A stretch of DNA of 64,000 nt. Source: Anaerovoracaceae bacterium. GTDB taxonomy: Bacteria; Bacillota; Clostridia; Peptostreptococcales; Anaerovoracaceae. The DNA lies in NCBI GenBank assembly GCA_029983755.1, contig JASBYX010000002.1, positions 5,188 through 69,187 on the forward strand. Reading direction: 5' to 3'. The notes under the pieces were generated by a model. That model made no database searches and had not been told where the DNA came from. It saw only the letters and a program-made list of their open reading frames with translations. Position 1 is the first letter of the stretch. Every line of letters starts with the position of its first letter. Positions 59,402 to 64,000 of the stretch are shown piece after piece. The position numbers and the translations under genes are program-made.

Positions 59402-62400
59402 CTACTGGATTTTTTTCTTTATGTTCTTAATGTGACTTATGTCATTCATATACTCCCTGTTTTGGTTCGCACTGCGCATATTCTCGCCTGCCACAGAGAG
59501 CATAAGTTTGATTCTGTTGAACTGGTTTACTTCCGATGCAGAGGCGTCAAAGTCTATGGGAACGATGTTTACATTGTCATATCTTTCCCTGATAGCCTTT
59601 ATTATCCCTTTGCCGGTGATGTGATTTGGTAGGCATCCAAAAGGCTGAACGCATATAATGTTCTTAACCCCGTGCTCAATTAAATCGACCATTTCACCTG
59701 TGAGGAGCCATCCCTCGCCATATTGGTTGGACAGACTGACAAAACGCTCAGCGTAGTCAGCTATTTTGTTGATGTGCTCAGGAGCCTCGTACTTGGAATC
59801 CTTCAGGCATTCCCTTAGGATTTTTCGGTAATATTCCACATAGTGGATAAGCAGGGCACAAAGCAGGGCAGGGAGTTTGGAGCTTGATAGGTCACGGCTC
59901 TTGTACTCAGGGTTTTTGAATGAGTAGAGCATGAAATCCGTCAAATCGGAGATCACCGCCTCGGCACCTTCTTCTTCCAGCTTTTCTATGAGGAAGTTGT
60001 TTGCCTCAGGTAGATATTTTACCAGAATTTCCCCTACGATACCAACCTTTGGTTTCACAATGTTCAGAGTTTCGATACCGGAGAAATCTTCAATCATGTT
60101 TTGGATGTTTGCCCTGAAATTTATGGTGCTGAAATTCTTGTCTTTGCTCAGGATGTCCAGCCATTTGTCTCGGACTATGTTAGTAGCTCCCTTTTCCTTC
60201 TCGTATGGCCTTGTGGCACAGACACACCTTTGGATCAAATCCCCATACTGAAGACTGATGATGAGGCGCTTCACTAGTTCAATGAGTTTACCCCGACTGA
60301 TTTTAACTCCCGGATGGCTTTCAATACCCTGCAGGGACAGAGCTATCACAGGCACATGGCCATAACCTGCATCCGCAAGGGCTTTTCGGATAAGACCAAC
60401 ATAATTAGAGGCTCTACATGTGCCGCCGGTCTGGCTGATTACAAGGGAAAGATTGTCCGTATCGTACTTTCCGCTCTTCACCGCCTCCAGAAATTGCCCT
60501 ACAACGAACATGGACGGATAGCATGCATCGTTATTCACATACTTTAGTCCCATATTTATAACATCAGGCCCAAGGTCGTGGAGGATCTCCAGGTTGAAGC
60601 CCAAATCCTGCACTAGGGTGGAAATCAGGCTGAAGTGTATCGGAGACATTTGTGGCATCAAAATAGTGTGGGTCTTCCTGTGTTCTTCAGTGAACAAAAC
60701 AGGTTTCCTAAATTCGTCTCTCTCCTTCGGTGCAGCGTTGCGATTCTCGATGGTTTCTATGAGGGAGCGTATCCTGATTTTAACAGCTCCCAGGTTATTT
60801 ACCTCGTCAATTTTCAAAACCGTATGAATCTTTCCGTAGTTGTGGAGAATTTCGTGAACCTGATCTGTGGTTATGGCATCAAGACCACAGCCGAAGGAAT
60901 TCAGCTGCACCATCTCAAGGTCTTCCGTCTGTCCTACATATCTGGCTGCACGGTAAAGCCTAGCGTGGTAAGTCCATTGATCCAGCACCCTGAGTGGATT
61001 TTTCATGTCGAAATTCTCAGGGATGGCATCTTCTGTTAAGACTCCCAAGCCAAGAGAGGTTAGAAGTTCAGGGATTCCGTGGTTTATTTCTTTGTCAAGA
61101 TGATATGGCCTGCCGCACAAAACAACGGCTCTATGGCCTTTTTTCCTGGTTTCTCTGAGAGCTTCTTCGGCTCTTTTTCTCATGTGTTTCCTGAATTTGT
61201 CAAGTTCTTCGTATGCTTCCCTTGAGGCCCGTTCAAGCTCCAGTCTTGGCACCAGCGGGAATACTTCCCTGAGCCTTCTTGGAAGCTTCTTCCGTTCCTT
61301 GAGGGATATGAATGGATTGAGGAAAGGAATTCCTTCGAAATCCATATTGTTTTTAATAACTTCCGAATAGCCGCATACCACAGGGCAGTTCAAGTTGTTG
61401 GTCTGCTTATCAAAATTCTTTTCCTCATAAAAAACCGCAGGGTAGAATATGAAGTCGATTTTTTCGTCCTTGTCATCTCCTACAGCTTTTTCCAGAAGAT
61501 TTTCAATGTGACCGTGAACCAGTTTAGCCGGATAGCAAGCGGTTTCTGAAGGGATGGTTTCGATTCCCTTTTCGTAGGTACCCCTGGTCGTTTCGTCGGA
61601 CAAAACCACCCTAAATCCCAGTGTGGTAAAAAACTTGTGCCAGAACGGGTAGTTTTCGTACATGTTCAGAACCCTTGGTATGCCCACGGTACCCCTGTGA
61701 GCTGCTTCCTTGGGAATAGACTTCCTATTAAATAGGAGGTCATATTTCTCAGCGTAAAGGTTCGGAAGATTTTCTTTGATTTCCCCGTAACGACTGTCTC
61801 CCTTTTCACAGCGGTTGCCTGTGATGAAGCGTTTGTTGTTAGGGAAAATATTTATCTTTAAACGGCAGTTGTTGCTACACCTGCCGCAGTTTGCGTCGAT
61901 TCGCTTGTATGTGAAATTTTCCAGCTCCTCAAGGGACAAAATAGCTGACCTTCCGGTGGTCTTAGCGGATCGTCTTTTGGCGATTAGGGCTATGCCGAAG
62001 GCTCCCATGAGGCCTGAAATTATCGGCCTTGTAACTTCTCTGCCTGTGAGATTTTCAAATGCTCTTAGGACAGCTTCCGAGAGGAAGGTTCCACCTTGGA
62101 CAACTATATGCTCACCAAGCTCTTCTGTGTTTCTGATTTTGATTACCTTTTGTATGGCATTTTTGATGACTGAATAGGCAAGGCCGGCGGCGATGTCCGA
62201 TGGAGCGGCTCCTTCCTTCTGGGCTTGCTTCACGTTCGAGTTCATGAAGACCGTGCAGCGGGAGCCCAGATCCACGGGGCTTTCGGCCATGAGTGCCAGC
62301 TCCGAGAACTGCCCCGGGGAGAGACCTATGCTGCGGGAGAAGGTCTCCAGGAAGGAGCCGCAACCGGAACTGCAAGCCTCATTAAGAAGGATGGAATCAA

Positions 62401-63697
62401 TAACACCATCCTGAATCCTCATTGACTTCATATCCTGTCCGCCGATGTCGATTACAAAATCCACAAGAGGATCGAAGTACTTGGCTGCCTCAAAATGAGC
62501 CACAGTCTCAACCTCACCGGTATCCAGGTTCAGTGCGGCCTTGATGAAATCTTCACCGTAGCCGGTAACCCCGGCGTACCTGAAGAAACTATCGGAGGCC
62601 TTTATTTTGTAAATATGTTTGATCTGCTCGATTATAACGGCTAGGGGATCTCCTCCGTTGTTTGTGTAGTGGGAATAGAGAATCTCGTTATTCTCTGAGA
62701 GGACAACAAGCTTTGAGGTTGTAGAGCCTGAATCAATTCCTAGGTACATAGGCCCATGGTAAGTGCGAATGTCCCCATAGACTACGGAGCTTTCGCTATG
62801 TCTTTTCCTGAAAGCTTCAAGTGATTCCTCATCCTTGAAAAGTGGCTTGAGAGTTTTGCTTGAAGCCTCCTCTTTGAAATCCTTGCTGACGGTTTCCTTG
62901 AGATTCACAAAATTCATCGTAGGTTGGCCGACAGAAGCAATTGCAGCACCCTTTGCAACGAAAATCTCCCCATCTTCAGGGGTTATGATTTCTCCTTCTT
63001 GAAGGTTTAGGGTTTCTATGAATCTTTTCTTAAGTTCAGGAAGGAAATGCAGAGGACCCCCTAGGAAGGCAACCGTCCCTTTGATAGGCCTGCCACAGGC
63101 AAGGTTGGATATGGTCTGGTTCACAACGGATTGCAAAACAGAAACGGATATGTCCTCTTTGCTGGCGCCCTGGTTGATTAGGGCTTGCACGTCAGTCTTT
63201 GCAAAAACACCGCAGCGGGATGCCATCGGATAGATTTTCTCCGATTTTTCTGCATACTTATTAAGCCCCACTGCATCAGTTTTCAGCAGGGAGGCCATTT
63301 GATCTATGAAAGCTCCTGTTCCCCCGGCACAAATAGAATTCATCCTGGACTCAACAGAACCTTTTAAATATATAATTTTTGAATCTTCGCCACCGAGTTC
63401 TATGGCGACATCTGTATCGGCAATGAAGGTTGAAATTCCCCTAGAAAGGGCAACTACCTCCTGTATGAAGGGTATCTCGAAATGCTTGTTTACAAATAGT
63501 CCGCCGGATCCTGTTACATTCACAGTAACCGGCACATTTCCAAGCGTGTCAAAACAATCTTCGACAACCTGTTTAACCGTGTTTTTCACATCGGACATAT
63601 GTCTGCGATAAGTTTTAAATAGAATTTCGAAATCCCCGTCAAGGGCCACCAGCTTAACAGTGGTCGAGCCGACGTCTAATCCTAAATGCACAGTCAT
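59402..63697 (-). CDS. Multidomain acyl-CoA dehydratase activase-related protein (2 x BadF/BcrAD ATPase, DUF2229, HgdB-like)
   Basis: GLDVGSTT, ELGGED, CAGGTG, SRCGVF, IDIGGQD, CSSGCG, SFGCGLD, QPFGCLPNH; ATG after AAGGAG. Confidence 0.88.
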   Translation of the reverse strand: MTVHLGLDVGSTTVKLVALDGDFEILFKTYRRHMSDVKNTVKQVVEDCFDTLGNVPVTVNVTGSGGLFVNKHFEIPFIQEVVALSRGISTFIADTDVAIELGGEDSKIIYLKGSVESRMNSICAGGTGAFIDQMASLLKTDAVGLNKYAEKSEKIYPMASRCGVFAKTDVQALINQGASKEDISVSVLQSVVNQTISNLACGRPIKGTVAFLGGPLHFLPELKKRFIETLNLQEGEIITPEDGEIFVAKGAAIASVGQPTMNFVNLKETVSKDFKEEASSKTLKPLFKDEESLEAFRKRHSESSVVYGDIRTYHGPMYLGIDSGSTTSKLVVLSENNEILYSHYTNNGGDPLAVIIEQIKHIYKIKASDSFFRYAGVTGYGEDFIKAALNLDTGEVETVAHFEAAKYFDPLVDFVIDIGGQDMKSMRIQDGVIDSILLNEACSSGCGSFLETFSRSIGLSPGQFSELALMAESPVDLGSRCTVFMNSNVKQAQKEGAAPSDIAAGLAYSVIKNAIQKVIKIRNTEELGEHIVVQGGTFLSEAVLRAFENLTGREVTRPIISGLMGAFGIALIAKRRSAKTTGRSAILSLEELENFTYKRIDANCGRCSNNCRLKINIFPNNKRFITGNRCEKGDSRYGEIKENLPNLYAEKYDLLFNRKSIPKEAAHRGTVGIPRVLNMYENYPFWHKFFTTLGFRVVLSDETTRGTYEKGIETIPSETACYPAKLVHGHIENLLEKAVGDDKDEKIDFIFYPAVFYEEKNFDKQTNNLNCPVVCGYSEVIKNNMDFEGIPFLNPFISLKERKKLPRRLREVFPLVPRLELERASREAYEELDKFRKHMRKRAEEALRETRKKGHRAVVLCGRPYHLDKEINHGIPELLTSLGLGVLTEDAIPENFDMKNPLRVLDQWTYHARLYRAARYVGQTEDLEMVQLNSFGCGLDAITTDQVHEILHNYGKIHTVLKIDEVNNLGAVKIRIRSLIETIENRNAAPKERDEFRKPVLFTEEHRKTHTILMPQMSPIHFSLISTLVQDLGFNLEILHDLGPDVINMGLKYVNNDACYPSMFVVGQFLEAVKSGKYDTDNLSLVISQTGGTCRASNYVGLIRKALADAGYGHVPVIALSLQGIESHPGVKISRGKLIELVKRLIISLQYGDLIQRCVCATRPYEKEKGATNIVRDKWLDILSKDKNFSTINFRANIQNMIEDFSGIETLNIVKPKVGIVGEILVKYLPEANNFLIEKLEEEGAEAVISDLTDFMLYSFKNPEYKSRDLSSSKLPALLCALLIHYVEYYRKILRECLKDSKYEAPEHINKIADYAERFVSLSNQYGEGWLLTGEMVDLIEHGVKNIICVQPFGCLPNHITGKGIIKAIRERYDNVNIVPIDFDASASEVNQFNRIKLMLSVAGENMRSANQNREYMNDISHIKNIKKKIQ

Positions 63698-63846
63698 ATT
63701 CAAATTCTCCTTGAGAGAACATTATACACCTTTTTTCAAAATTTTGTTAGAGAATTATATTTTTAATGTAAGAATATTTTTTCTATACAAATCATTCTGA
63801 CTTTGTGATATAATTAGCACAGATGGCTATACGAAGGGAGAGTTTT

Positions 63847-64000
63847 ATGAATAAGAAAAGAAGTTCATTGATGGCGGGCTTCCTTATCCCGTCCATCATA
63901 GGTATCATTCTCTTCATGATACCGGTTAAGAAGTCCTTTTTCGGGGCTACAGGCGAAGGAGCCAAAGACTGGACAATAATTGTTAAGATCCTTGCCGATA
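63847..64000 (+). CDS. Membrane protein N-terminus, YjiH-like (runs off window)
   Basis: RBS AAGGGAG; MNKKRSSLMAGFLIPSIIGIILFMIPV...WTIIVKILAD. Confidence 0.6.
   Translation, partial: MNKKRSSLMAGFLIPSIIGIILFMIPVKKSFFGATGEGAKDWTIIVKILAD

Noticed and set aside
1226..63611. Numerous antisense and alternate-frame ORFs in the track
   Set aside because: They lie within well-supported genes and show no motifs or translation signals.

Overview
Chromosomal window from an anaerobic, amino-acid-fermenting Firmicute. Gene content suggests a Eubacterium/Mogibacterium-like Anaerovoracaceae member (inference only). Core content: histidine utilisation (hutH 3' end, hutU, hutI, cyclodeaminase, ftcD), alr, purB, a But-like CoA transferase, a phosphohexomutase, two sortases, tmRNA (tag AKNNNNFAMAA), a SWIM-SNF2 helicase, a sigma-54/RocR-type ornithine oxidation cluster (ord, ortA, ortB, oraS, oraE, GlmL-like reactivase, orr), trxA, plsC, cysK, rubredoxins, cstA and a large acyl-CoA dehydratase activase-related protein. 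AT-rich accessory segments are interspersed with no integrase or transposase: AbiE TA (toxin has one in-frame TAA), XRE/macro-HTH/VWA, AlbA_2 ATPase, and an AAA_14-DUF4143 gene behind five repeats with an exact 23-bp period. Main highlight: an 8,576-bp unit bounded by 187-bp direct repeats that duplicate the 3' end and terminator of an NhaC-family gene. It carries a B12-riboswitch ABC importer and a DDAH-like amidinohydrolase / AGCS symporter / GntR / RocB module, a candidate modified-arginine to citrulline to ornithine feeder for the neighbouring B12-dependent ornithine pathway. Also notable: a one-gene cassette bounded by a duplicated 43-bp promoter core, a stand-alone NrdD glycyl-radical peptide, a pore-less voltage-sensor-like protein, and a surface peptidase next to a truncated PPC gene inside the ornithine cluster. 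All family calls are from motif recognition; no searches were run.
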